Source of the DNA: Octopus vulgaris | Taxonomy: Eukaryota | Reading direction: 5' to 3' | Assembly (NCBI GenBank): GCA_951406725.2 | Contig: OX597839.1 | Location: 30,318,001-30,382,000 of the forward strand | DNA length: 64,000 nt | In this document: positions 1 to 12,200 of the stretch, in pieces | Numbering within the stretch: position 1 is the stretch's first letter | Layout: each line of letters starts with the position of its first letter | Position numbers and translations under genes: made by a program | Notes under the pieces: model-generated | Told to the model about the DNA's origin: nothing | Database searches by the model: none | The model's input: the letters and a program-made list of their open reading frames with translations, nothing else

Positions 1-520
1 GGGGGGGCTGTGACTAGAGAAAGACAAACCTCAACATGACTGGGATTATCAGAAAGCATTCAAGAGTGTTCCACATTAATGGATACTGGAGTCTCTCCGC
101 ACAAACGAAGTAGCTTCAACACTATTTAAATATATCAATCATGCAATGGCAAACTAGAAAACCAGCCTAATGTTGAAAAATGTGTCACAAGTCATTAAAA
201 CCTGCCTATATTTATAAGAAGAAAGATTTTCCAAGGAGACTCCTTGTTGTCACTCCTGCTTTTCTGCCTTACTCTGACCCCGCTAACAAACTTGTTAAAT
301 GAAACCACCATGGGTTACAGATGCTCTGGACAAACTGTAAATAATTTCCTATATACTGACGGCTTAAAAATTTTCACTAAAAATATCACTGAACAGAAAA
401 ACCTTAAAAAAATTGTCTTTGTTTCAACAACCAGGATGAGCTTGGGGTTGGACAATGGGCCAAAATGGCATTGAGAAGGGGCAAATTAATAGCAACATTT
501 GGAATAGAAAAATACTTAGA
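1..520 (+). mobile_element. Degenerate non-LTR retrotransposon RT fragment, R4/Dong-like
   Basis: Translates to DYQKAFKSVPH*WIL (cf. DYxKAFDSVPH), IFQGDSLLSLLLFCLTLTPL (cf. GIFQGDSLSPLLFC), NNFLYTDGLKIF (cf. HLLYMDDLKLF) and MSLGLD; contains stops and frameshifts. Confidence 0.7.
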
Positions 521-526
521 AACATG

Positions 527-625
527 GTTGACTTTTCCTTTCATCCTTTCAGGGTCAATAAAATAAGTACCAGTTGGACATTGGGGTTGATGTAATTGAC
601 TCATCCCCTCCACCAAAATTTGAAA
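527..625 (+). mobile_element. SINE fragment, family C (GTTGACTTTGCCTTTCATCCTTTC core)
   Basis: The same core recurs at ~9945, ~10650, ~11095, ~20040-20150 (-), ~33800-33980 (-) and ~53230. Confidence 0.7.
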
Positions 626-627
626 CC

Positions 628-2090
628 TCATCATCATCATTAAACATCCATTGTTCATACTGGCATCGGTTGACTGGTTGGACCATGGCTGGCAAGCTGG
701 AAGGCTGCACCAGACTCTAGTCCGATTTGGCATGGTTTTCTACAGCTTGATGCAAAGTGTAATGGGTGATTTTACGTGCCACTGGCATGGGTGCCATTTG
801 TGTGACGCCGGTGTCTTCCACAACTGTAATTTTGCTCAGCTTGATGGTCTTCTTCTCAAGCACAACATAATGCCAAAAGTCTTGGTCATTACCCCTGTGA
901 GGCCCTACGCTCAAAAGGAACTCAGCCACTTTGTTCGAATGGTGCTCTTTACGTACCACCAGCATCAGTACCAGTTATGTGACATCAACATCAGCCATAA
1001 CTACTATTTCACTTGATGGGATTGCTGAAGCACAGCATATTGCCAAAGGTCTCGGTCACTAGTCATTGCCTCTGTCAAGCTCAAAGTTCAAAGATCATGC
1101 TTCATTATTTCGTCCTATGTCTTCCTGGGTCTACCTCTACCACAGGTTCCCTCCACAGTTAGACATCAGAACTTCTTTACACAGCTGTCCTCATCCATAT
1201 GTATCACATGACCTTACCAGTGCAGTCGTCTCTCTTGCACACCACATCTGATGCCTCTTATGCCTGACTTTTCTCTCAAGATACTTATACTCTGTCAAAC
1301 ATGCACACTGACATTGCACATCCAGTGAAGCATATTGGCTTCATTTCCTTCAAACCTTACGCATGTCCTCAGCTGTCACAGCCCATGTTTCAGTGCCATG
1401 TAGTGTGGCTGTTCACACACAGGCATCAAACAATCTGCCTTTCACTCTGAGAGAGAGGCTCTTTGTTGCCAGCAGGGGTAGGAGCTCTCTGAATTTTACT
1501 CAGCCTAATCTTATTCTCACAGCTACGCTCTCAGAGCATCCACCTCCACTACTAACCTAGATAATGGATGCTATCTACTCCCTTTAGCTTGTACCCCTGG
1601 CAATTGATGGAGTCTATTTTCTGCACATTTCAGTGTTTATTGTACCTGTGCATCTTCCACACACAAAAGTTCTTTTCCCTGTTAACCTTCCTTTGATGTT
1701 TTTGCACCTTTTATGTGTCCAAAGCTTACACCAGGTGCATCTTATGGAGTTTCTACCAACACCTTTTCTACAGACTGAGAAGAGCCATCTACCTGAAGGG
1801 ATTTGTGATTTGTCTGCCTTCCTACTTACTAAGACTTTGCATTTTGCTAGGTTAACTCTAAGGCCCTTTGATTCTAAACTGTGCTTCCATACCTGGAACT
1901 TCTTCACTAGTTCTGGTAATGATTTGGGTATAAGAGTAAGGTTATCAACGTAGAGGAGGTCCCAGAGGCAGCCTGTCTTAAATTCCTCTGTTATTGCCAG
2001 GAGGACTATGATGAACAAAAAGGGGCTGAGCACCAGTCCTTAATGAACCCCTACTTGTACCCTGAATTCTTCGCTGTACTCCCTGCCATT
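628..2090 (-). mobile_element. Decayed 5'-truncated RTE-clade LINE
   Basis: ORF 1614-2033 (LSPFLFIIVL...LLYVDNL, Cys-rich CSVC...CTWC) is homologous to the RTE at 4080-6696; (CAT)n at 628 is the (GAT)n tail on the minus strand. Confidence 0.85.
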
Positions 2091-2268
2091 CCACCACCAC
2101 CCACAGATTTGGTCTGTGGCACTCAGCAAGCTGTCCTGCAAGAATTCCCAGTTGCCCTCTGTCTCACAAGTTTCTAGCTCCTCTTCCTTCCTCTCATCAA
2201 ATTCCTCAAGTATTATTATTGTTATTATTGTTATTATTATTAATATTATTTTTATCTCTTGTTCACAG

Positions 2269-2370
2269 GTCTACTCATCATTGTATTTCATTGGGCATCT
2301 GAGTCATCCTTTAGCCTGTTTATTTGTATATTTGAATAGAAGTAAAAAATCAGCCAAGGCCAAGGATTGA
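2269..2370 (+). CDS. LPCAT3: Last coding exon of an LPCAT3/nessy-like lysophospholipid acyltransferase (MBOAT family); upstream exons lie outside the window
   Basis: Acceptor tttatctcttgttcacAG at 2268; reads VYSSLYFIGHLSHPLACLFVYLNRSKKSAKAKD*, resembling the LPCAT3 C-terminus as I recall it (VYKSIYFLGH, hydrophobic stretch, Lys-rich end); donor GTAAGC at 2377, 6 nt after the TGA. Confidence 0.7.
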   Translation, partial: VYSSLYFIGHLSHPLACLFVYLNRSKKSAKAKD

Positions 2371-2860
2371 AACACAGTAAGCCTCATTCATTCTTTTGTT
2401 TTATTTTTTGTTTGAGTGTTATTTTTCTGTTTTATTTGTGGACGCAATTTCAAATTCCTTGCTAGTACCACACACATTTGTACATATTGTATATACAGGA
2501 GCGGCTGTGTGGTAAGAAGCTTGCTTTCCAACCACATAGTTCCAGGTTCAATCCACTGCATGACACCTTGGGCCCACCAAAGCCTTGTGAGTGGATTTGT
2601 TAGATGGAAACTGGAAGAAGCCTGTGATATGTATAGTGGGGGGAAATAAATATTCGTACGTGTCAAAATTCTTTATATATCTAATTTCTAATGAACATAA
2701 ATGGGATATACCAATACTATATTTGCATACACATGCATAAACTAAGAATATGCAAAAGAAACTAATAAATTATAGTAACTAATGAATTTATATACAATTA
2801 TAAATATTTAGGGGTGAAAAAAAGTCTTCGTACAGAACATAAATAACTGATAATTCTGAT

Positions 2861-3847
2861 TCAATACTTCGTAGCATAACCATTATTCAGTTCCACTTCA
2901 ACCGATCTCTTCTTGTAGTTCTTAATTAATGACTTGCATGTTTCTTTAGGAATTTTTTCCCATTCTTCTTGACAAATTTTCTTCAAATCTGCAATGAACG
3001 TTGGGGCTCTTGAATGAATTTTAATTTTCAAATAACGCCACAAATTTTCAATGGGGTTCAAGTCAGGTGACTGGCTTGGCCATTCTAATAATTTTATATT
3101 GTAATCGACAATCCATTTTTTGGTAGACTTTTCGTGTGCTTAGGGTCGTTATCCTGTTGTAAAACCCACCCTTCACAAAGCTGGAGCTTTTCTACAGAGT
3201 CCCATAAATTATTGTTCAAAATAGTTTGGTACATCTCTACATTCATTCTACCATCTATCACCTGTAAATTGCCAGTACCATTTGCAGAGAAACACCCCCA
3301 CACCATGATGTTGCCACCTCCAAACTTTACGATAGGAATTGTGTTTTTCCTCCAAACATGGTTACGCGAATTTCGTCCAAACAATTCAATTTTCAACTCG
3401 TCTGTCCATAGAACATTTTCCCAGAATGTATCAGATTTATCTTTATGTTCATAAACAAATTTTAAATGGGCATCTCTATGCCTTTTAGTCAACAGTGGAG
3501 TTTTTCTAGGAGAGCGTGACTTCAGTTCATTCCTTTGAAGTTCATTGCTGATAGTTCCTAGTCCCTGAAGCTAACAAATCTTCTTGCAACTCTTTTCTGG
3601 TGATCATTGCATTTTTTTCGATTCTTCACTTCATTTTTATTAAAGATCTAGGGGAAATCTTGCATGGTGCACCGGATCTTATTCTGTTTTCAACAATTTC
3701 CGATTTTTTATATCTTTGAATAAATGAAGATATGGTAGTAAATGAAATACAAAGGGTTTCTGATATTTTCCTGTAATTTTTACCTGCTTTCCACTGTTCA
3801 ATAATTAAGTTATTCACTGAATTTGTGAGTTCTCTACTTTTCACCAT
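2861..3847 (-). pseudogene. Tc1 transposase pseudogene
   Basis: MVKSRELT...HTH region; WTDE, GGGNIMVWGCFS, QQDNDPKH, SPDLNPIENLW and GYATKY* motifs; internal stop and frameshifts. Confidence 0.92.
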
Positions 3848-4079
3848 TATTACGATACTACTTTATGTTGTCTCAATGCTGAATGAAGAAGCTAATGTTT
3901 TGACACTTAAAAATGACAACTGATAAGATTATTGGAACAAACGAGAAAGTTCTAATAATAAAAAAAATTATTTTAACGGTATTTTGTGGCATAGAAAATC
4001 ATAAATTTATTCTATACGAATACTTTTTTCACCCCTAAATAGTTATAATTGTATATAAATTCATTAGTTACTATAATTT

Positions 4080-6696
4080 CATCATCATCATCGTTTAACG
4101 TCCGTTTTCCATGCTAGCATGGATTGGACGGTTCAACTGGGGTCTAGGAAGCCAGAAGGCTGAGCCAGGCCCAGTCTGATCTGGCAGTGTTTCTACAGCT
4201 TGATGCCCTTCCTAATGCCAACCACTCCGTGAGTGTAGTGGGTGCTTTTTACGTGCCACCTGAGCAGGTGCCAGACGAGGCTGGCAAACGGCCACGATTG
4301 GATGGTTCTCTTACGTGTCGCCGGCACTGGTATCACAGCTACAATTTCCATTGATGTTGATCAATTTCGATTTTCACTTGCCTCAACAGGCCTTCACGAG
4401 TAGGGTTTGTGTCACAAGAAGGAAAGGTATGCATAAGTGGGCTGGCCACGGGTTATGGTCTCACTTGTCCTGTTGGGTCTTCCCACGCACAGCATATTTC
4501 CAAAGGTCTCGGTCTCTGGTCATTTCCTCGGTGAAACCTAAAGTTCGAAGGTCGTGCTTCACCACCTCATCCCAGGTCTTCCTGGGTCCACCTCTTCCAC
4601 AGGTTCCCTTAACACTAGGGTGTGGCACTTTTTCACACAACTATCTTCATCCATTCTCGCTACAGGACCATACCAGCGCAAACGTCTCTCTTGCACACCA
4701 CAACCGATGCTTCTTAGGTCCAACTTTTCTCTCAAGGTACTTACACTCTGTCGAGTATGAACACTGACATTACACATCCATCGGAGCATACTGGCTTTAT
4801 TTCTTGTGAGCTTACGCATATCCTCAGCAGTTACGGCCCAAGTTTCACTGCCATGTAGCATGGCTGTTCGTACACGTGTCATACAGTCTGCCTTTTACTC
4901 TGAGCGAGAGGCCTTTTGTCACCAGCAGAGGTAAAAGCTCTCTGAATTTTGCCCAGGCTATTCTTACTCTAGCAGTTACACTTTCAACACAACCACCCCC
5001 ACTACTGACTTGGTCACCTAGGTAACGGAAGCTATCAACAATTTCTAGTTTTTCTCCCTGGAATGTGGCAGAAGTTGGTCTCTGCGCATTTTCAGTGTTT
5101 ATTGCTCCTGAGCATCTGCCACAAACAAAAACTATTTTCCTAGTTAGCCCTCCTTTGACATTGCTGCACCTCTTGTGTCCATAGCTTACACTTGGTGCAT
5201 CTTATAGAGTTCCTACCTATGCCTTTTCTACAGATCGAGCAGAGCGATCTACCTGAAGGCGTTTGTGATTGGTCTACCTTCCTACTTATTAGGACTTTGG
5301 TTTTAGCTAGGTTGATTCTAAGGCCCTTCGATTCTAATCCTTGTCTCCACACTTGAAACTTTGCCTCTAGTTCTGATAGTGACTCAGCAATTAGAGCAAG
5401 GTCATCAGCATATAGGAGCTCCCAGGGGCATCCTGTCTTGAATTCCTCCATTATTGCCTGGAGGACTATGATATATAGGAGGGGGCTGAGGACTGAACCT
5501 TGGTGGACCCCTACCTCTACCCTGAATTCTTTAGTGTACTCGTTGCCAACCCTCACCTTACTTACAGCGTCTCTGTACATGGCTTGCACAGCTCTCACTA
5601 ACCATTCATCTATCCCTAGTTTCCTCATTGACCACCAGATAAGGGATCGGGGGACCCTGTCAAAGGCTTTCTCCATGTCAACGAAAGCCAGGTACAGGGG
5701 CTTATCTTTGGCTAGGTATTTCTCCTGCAGCTGTCTCACCACAAATATGGCATCAGTGGTGCTTTTCCCTGGCACGAAACCAAACTGCATCTCATCCAAG
5801 CTGACTCTCTCCCTAATCAGTTGGGCTATGACCCTCTCCGTAACCTTCATTACCTGATCCAACAGCTTGATACCCCTGTAGTTATTTGTATCTAAAGCGT
5901 CACCTTTACCTTTGTAGCAGTTGACTATTATGCTGCTACACCAGTCATTGGGTATGACTTCTTCGTGTATCACCTGGTTAACTATACAGGTGACTAGGCT
6001 ATAGCCAACACTGCCAGATATTTTGAGCATCTCTGCAGCAATTCCTGATGGGCCTGGGGCTTTCCCTGTCTTCATGCTTCTAATTGCCTTAACTACTAAG
6101 GAACTGTCAACTCGGATAGCTGGTCCCTCTGTTGGGTCGACATTCAGCAGACTCTCTTTATCCCATTCATTTCCTTTATTCAGCAACCTTTCATAGTGGC
6201 ATCTCCAAACCTCTCTCTTTGCATCCTCATTCAGCGCAAGTGAACCATCATCCATGCAAACACATTTCTCTCCTACCACATCACGATTCTCTCTCACACA
6301 CTGTCTTGCAACACGGAATACCTCAAGTCTTTGGTCCTCACGGCGCAGAACATTGGCAAATTTTTTCTTATCTGCTTCCCTTCTGGCTAAATAAACCTGT
6401 CTCCTAGCTTCCCTTCTGGTAGTCTGATACAATTCCCTGCTACCACCATTTTTCCAGTCCTTCCAAGCCTGTCTCTTTTCTCTAATAGCCCTGTCTACAA
6501 CATTGTTCCACTACCACGTTATTTTGGGTCGAGAGGGGACTTTGCACCAGCCACAGATCTGGTCAGTGGCTCTCAGCAGGTTGTCCCTTAGAGATCTCCA
6601 GTTGTCGTCTACCCCATGTGAAGCTATATCCCCTTCTACTTCGTTAAAGGCTTCAAGTAATATGTCCCTAAATCTCTGTCCATTCGCAGGATCTTT
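4080..6696 (-). mobile_element. RTE-clade LINE, 5'-truncated, fairly young
   Basis: 430-aa RT ORF 5140-6432 (NYRGIKLL, QFGFVPG, FVDMEKAFDRVP, GVHQGSVLSP, LYADD); (GAT)n tail at 4080; apparent TSD TAATTT at 4074-4079 and 6697-6702. Confidence 0.95.
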
Positions 6697-8140
6697 TAAT
6701 TTATTAGTTTCTTTTGCATATTCTTAGTTTATGCATGTGTATGCAAATATAGTATTGGTATATCCCATTTATGTTCATTAGAAATTAGATAAATGAAGAA
6801 TTTTGACATGTACGAATATTTATTTCCACCCACTGTATATATTTGTGTGTGTGTGTGTGTGTTTGTTCCCCCCACCATTGCTTGACAACCAATGCTGATG
6901 TGTTTGTGTCTCTGTAACTTAGCAGTTCAGCAAAAGAGATTGATAGAATAAATACTAGGCTTACAACGAACAAGTCCTGGGGTTGATTTCTTCAACTAAC
7001 ATTCTTTAAGGCAATGCTCCAGACAAATGGCTGAAACAAGAAGATTATGCATAATATATGTTATTGTAATATTTGTGGCTGTTTACTGGTTGCGTACGCA
7101 TAATATATCCACGTAAAATACATCCAAGATGATTTGCCTGTTCCATCTGCAGATGATAACAAGCAAACATCTAATGTTCTATCATTTGTGTTTGGTTCTT
7201 TGAGAAAATATGTGGACCTAACAATTATTTTTAGAATTCGACTGAACCTATTCCAATCTACAGATCATTCCTCAGCCAGCAAATCTAGCATAAAAGCATT
7301 CCAATTGTGACCATCCCAATTTTTGCAGACATGCTCTATCTTCTTCTATAGGTTTCTTTTCCATTCTGCACTCTCGTCCATCTTTCTCTGTCAGCTCCTT
7401 ACTCCAGTTTGGATGCTGTAATTGATTCTTCACCACCCTTCCCACAATGCAATGTTGTTGATTCAAAGAGAGAGAACAATTGTCTATCTTGGACTATATT
7501 AGCTAATGTGTTTTTAAGTGTGTAACGTATCATTTTAGGGAGATTTGACCTGCTATTTCTCCAAGGTCAAGTGATCCTGTGAAGAGTTTGTTCTTCAATG
7601 GTTTGCTGCTGTCTTTGGTCTGTTACTAAGCATGAACACAATTGTGGCCATTCGCTTAAGAATCTCACTTTGCAATTTTGTGGTTTCAGGTTTAAATTCT
7701 ATTGTTTGGGCTGTGACCAAGACATTCAATTGACTCAAACATTCTCAGTGGCACTGGATGTGGTTGGAAACAACAGAAGCTTGTTGGTTTGGCAATCCAG
7801 CTCTTTGTTGTAGACCTAATCTGTTGCCCACTTCAACACCTCCTGACTCTTCAGTGCTGGGAGTCTTGTGAGCATTCAAACCAAGAATCAGAAGAAGCCA
7901 AGAGTCATATCTTCTTCCAATTTTAGTGGTGCTGAAAATAACAGGCCCTGCATGCTGCCCCTTTCTATATTGATTACTCTATAAAAAAAAAAAAGATAAT
8001 AAATGTGGGCCCAGCTTATTTAGAACAGGATTGAATGTACTAACCTTTGCCCCCCCCCCTTCTCCACTATCTACACCCTGTTTTATCTTCTTCAGTTTTG
8101 TAGCCTAAGATTTCTTCCTGTCTGACATTTTCTGTAAGAC

Positions 8141-8357
8141 AAACTTGTCACCAGTTCAAATATATTTGAGGCATATTTGAACCCATAAGAAATCTATTTA
8201 ATGTATTTTGTGATGGAGAAAGATTTCTTGCTGTAGACAAACAGATGCAAATATACCGAGTCAGAATGGGAAATTTTCTCCTTTACAAAATCCAATGAAT
8301 GGATTTCTGATGGGTCCAAAAAATGCCTGAAACATATTTGAACTGGGACCAAGTTTC
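8141..8357. repeat. Imperfect inverted repeat (old foldback/MITE)
   Basis: ~8141-8227 is the reverse complement of ~8270-8357 with scattered mismatches. Confidence 0.75.
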
Positions 8358-8436
8358 TATGTCCACATATCACAGCTTAGCCCTGTCCCCATGTATTAAT
8401 GGTAACGTCTCTTCAACATTCAACACACAGGTTTGT

Positions 8437-8467
<31 letters not shown>

Positions 8468-8578
8468 TTTAACTGCTTCTTTCGCCCCCCCCCCCCCCCC
8501 ACATGTCTGTCTGCCTGTCTTGTATTTGTTGTGCTTTACAATCTCTTTTCTCAATCTGTCTCTCTCTGTCTTTACCAG

Positions 8579-8725
8579 GATCCAAACAACTTTGAGTATG
8601 CTGCTACTGCTGCTGTCATTGCTGCTGCTGCTGCTGCTGCTGGTGTTAATGCTGTGCCACAGGATCAATTCCTGCCCTTCCTATATCTTCAATCTCATGT
8701 GATGAAATTACAAAAAAAAATTTAA
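8579..8725 (+). other. Start of the probable terminal (3'UTR) exon of the LPCAT3-like gene; true 3' end undetermined
   Basis: Long polypyrimidine tract ending tctctctgtctttaccAG at 8578; it is the strongest acceptor I found after the donor at 2377; followed by AT-rich UTR-like sequence. Confidence 0.5.
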
Positions 8726-8738
8726 AAAAAACAAAAAA

Positions 8739-8797
<59 letters not shown>

Positions 8798-9267
8798 CAA
8801 CAACCCCTCCCTCTCTATCACTCCTCTCCCCCCAAAAATATATAAAAAAAAAAGCAAAGCCAAAATAGATTGGATATTTTTTTCCTGAGAAAGTAAAAGA
8901 AAGTGTTTGAAACAAAATTCTATTTTATTTTTTGACAAAAAAAAAACAAAAAAAAAATGATTAATTAATTAATTTCATTGTTTTCCCACCCTTCCTCTTC
9001 GCTAATTCTATTAACATCATCATCAAGATAATTATTATTATTGTTACTATCATCATCATCATCTTCATAATAAGCGGTACCTTTTTCATAATATGAGGTA
9101 CCATTGTTTCTCGAGTCCCTTTGATTCTATATTAGAACTGCTCTCATCTCATTTGATCTCACTAATGCACTTGTGAAAGGCAGGACTGACACTTTCTCTG
9201 TCAAGTCCAACAAAAATCTTTAATACGTGAAGGCTTTAGCATAAAACCTTTACATCTCCTTTATTTC

Positions 9268-9306
<39 letters not shown>

Positions 9307-12039
9307 TTGTCACAGTGGTACTGTGTTGTTGACAAAAAAAGAGCCACAACCTGGTTTTCAATCTCCAGCCAGAACTCTTTGTAAAGGCATGACTACCACA
9401 ACATTCAATTTTCTCCTTTCTTCTTCTTTTTCTCATATTATATATAAGCTGAAGTTTTGTACCTTTGTAAGATATTTACTGTTGATTGCTGTGAAGCAAG
9501 AAATAAGCTGAGTCTGTGATTTGGGTTTTCAATTTCTTTCATTCAGTCCAATTTCCTCTCCTAATGTCCTTAATATTATCAAGAAAGGCCGTTAACTTAT
9601 CTCGTTTCTTTCTATAAATAGGCATAAGAAATCACCATAATAGTGATGGGGCCTGTAGCGTGGGCCTAAATTTAGGGGGCACACTACATTTATTGTATGA
9701 AAATTACTTCTTAATCTGACACGAATTACATCATTAATGTTATTGGGAAACGGGATGAAGATCACAGATTCTCATTTTCTTCTCCTCTTTAAAATGTTTT
9801 ATGTCTGGTGGTGGGGATAGTGAGTTACTTAAGTCTTTGGAATATGTCAAGGGCGAAGAGTTGGCAGAATCGGTAGAGCATCAGACAATATGGTTTGCAC
9901 CTTTTACTGTTTGTGTTTTCAGATTTTAGGTTCAAATCTCATTCAGGTTAACTTTGCGCTTCATCCTTTCAGTGTTCATCAGAGAACCATTGAAACGGTG
10001 AGGTTGATGGAGTTGGTTGTTCCAACATTCCAAATCTAGAAATATGATTGAACCAATTCTAAAACTAAAGCCACGGCAGCAATTGGACTGAAACCGAACT
10101 GTCAAGCCTCTTGTACCCCACCCCACTTACTATTAAGTAGGCTGTCCTTACAAATAAACCCTATTTTAGTAGTGATGGTCACAGCAACCAATCTTCTTCA
10201 CAACTTGTTCACCTCGGGTGTCATGTCCTCACAATAATCTTTTTGATATGATTATTATTCTTTTAAGTTGGGGGTTTTGCTGGAACTCTTGGAGTCTTGC
10301 ATGATTAGATGGTTTGCTACCTGCAGCCTCTGGTACCATGCTATCCATTCTTTTCAGCTAATACTCTCCTGATGGTTCTGGCCATGCCAAGGAAGCAAAC
10401 CAGCTCTCCTGGCCACCCTATTCCAATTTCCTTGATATTGCCTTCTCATACTATGCCCCCAACAACAATAACTGCCACTATCTTCCTTCACTTTCCACAG
10501 TAGAACCATTTTGTACTTAAGAGGATTGTATACATCTATTTTTTCGTTTCTTTTGTCTTCCTTCTTAAGCTAAGAGGAATATCTGAATCAGTGGAGCAAT
10601 GGCCAAAATGTTAGTTACATCCCTTCATCTTCTGATTTCAAATCTTGCCAAGGTTGACTTTACCTTTCATCCTTCTGGGATTGATAAAATAAGTACCATT
10701 CGCATACTAGGGTCAATCTAGTTGTCTCCCCTAAAAGGGTGGCCCTTATGTTTCTGTTAGAAATCCAGAGGTTTTGGTGATGTGGCAGAAATGGTAAGGC
10801 ACCAGATTTCCCTTTTTATTGTTAGTTCAGATCTTACCAGGGTTGATTACAGCCTTTCTCCAAAACTGGTAGATTTGTGCCCCATTTAAGAGTCCCTGTA
10901 ATCTGTTTCTAATTGTTGTGGAAAGCTTTGGCCCTTTACATTTTGTGTTCAAATCCTGCTGATGTCAAGTTTGCCATTCATTTCATTGTCCTGGGCCAGT
11001 ATAAATAAAAAGAACCCCTAATAATATAAATGGGGGGGGCAGCAAGTCGGCAGAATTGTTAGCACCCAGGGCCTGAGTTCATATTCTGCTGTGGTTGACT
11101 TTGCCTTTCATCCTTTCTGGGTCGATAAAATAAGTACCAGTTGCACACTGGGGTCAGTGTGTAATTGACTTACCCTTTCCCCCAAATTTGAAACCAATAA
11201 TAGGGGTTGTTGCAACTAAAACTCAGCCATTGACTCCAGTTTGAAATCTTTGTTATTAACGGATGAATCAAGAAGACACTAAACTCATACCTCTTGGTAT
11301 TTACTTCCCTCCTTGCACCTGGTTGTGTTTAAATTCTGTTTTGCTCAACTTTGACTTCCATCCACCCACCCAGGATCAATGAACTACATACCAGTAATAT
11401 ACTATGGTCAACATAAAACCTTCCTTCTTTAAGGTAAAAATCAATGATTTAGGTGTTACCGTGTGACTTCTTCAATAGACATGTTCTTACAAAAAAGGCA
11501 TCAATGCCACAACTACTCATTTCTTTGCATTGTCTGCAGAGAAAGTGGGAAAGGATCAGTTTGACTGAACTTTAAAGTACATGAAACAAATCTGGTACTT
11601 TTAAAGTAGGTGAAACACATACAGTGCTTTTAAAACATGATGATGATGATGATGATAAGAGTGTGTATGTATATTATCTATGTATATATGTACATGTATG
11701 TATATAATATAGGCATGTATGTGTGTATATATGTACATGTATGTATATAATATAGGCATGTATGTGTATATATATGTTTTATCAGTCTGGTTTTCTAAGA
11801 ACCAACCCACCCATGTCCCTGTGATTCTGGCCCCTACATCACACCCTATTCTTCTGATGTTCAGAATCTTGAACAACTGGAACAATCCAACATTAGTTCA
11901 CCATTCAGAAGAGATGATGATGATGATACATATATATATATATTTATTTGTACACACACACATCAGATAATATATATGTACATTATATATACCGCCATAA
12001 CAGTATAGTAATTCCATATATACACACACACACACACAC

Positions 12040-12200
12040 ACTACTATGAAACAGTGAGAATGAGTGCTCAACATTGTATTTGGTGGATATTCTCTTTTTG
12101 TGGGTTAACAAGGCTACCAATGGTTTCAGGTGACAAGCTCGATAATTGAGAGATTTCTCTCTACATGAAATCATTGGTAGCCTTGTTAAATAAAGTGTGT
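12040..12200. repeat. Short inverted repeat carrying hammerhead 3'-half motifs; related copy at ~29150-29250
   Basis: TTAACAAGGCTACCAATGGTTTCA...TGAAATCATTGGTAGCCTTGTTAA; shares GAGTGCTCAACA and GAAACCATTGGTAGCCTT with 29150-29250. Confidence 0.55.

Larger units (their letters stand above)
2634..6835 (-). mobile_element. Tc1 (DD34E) DNA transposon with long IR/DR-type TIRs and TA TSD; right TIR interrupted by an RTE LINE
   Basis: TA|tAGTGGGGGGAAATAAATATTCGTAC at 2634 and GTACGAATATTTATTTCCACCCACTG|TA at 6835; ~210-bp TIR (left 2634-~2845; right split into ~4006-4079 and 6697-6835) with an inner direct repeat. Confidence 0.92.
2497..7044 (+). mobile_element. tRNA-derived SINE (family A) split by a Tc1 insertion; halves at 2497-2633 and 6836-7044
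   Basis: The two halves join to match the intact copy at ~60364-60740. Confidence 0.8.

Noticed and set aside
5438-5857. Plus-strand ORF overlapping the RTE RT (likewise 22724-23029)
   Set aside because: Antisense open frames of the RT coding sequence
8433-8702. Poly-Leu transmembrane or GPI-tail coding exon
   Set aside because: Arises from a (CTG)n microsatellite, and the upstream exon already contains a stop codon
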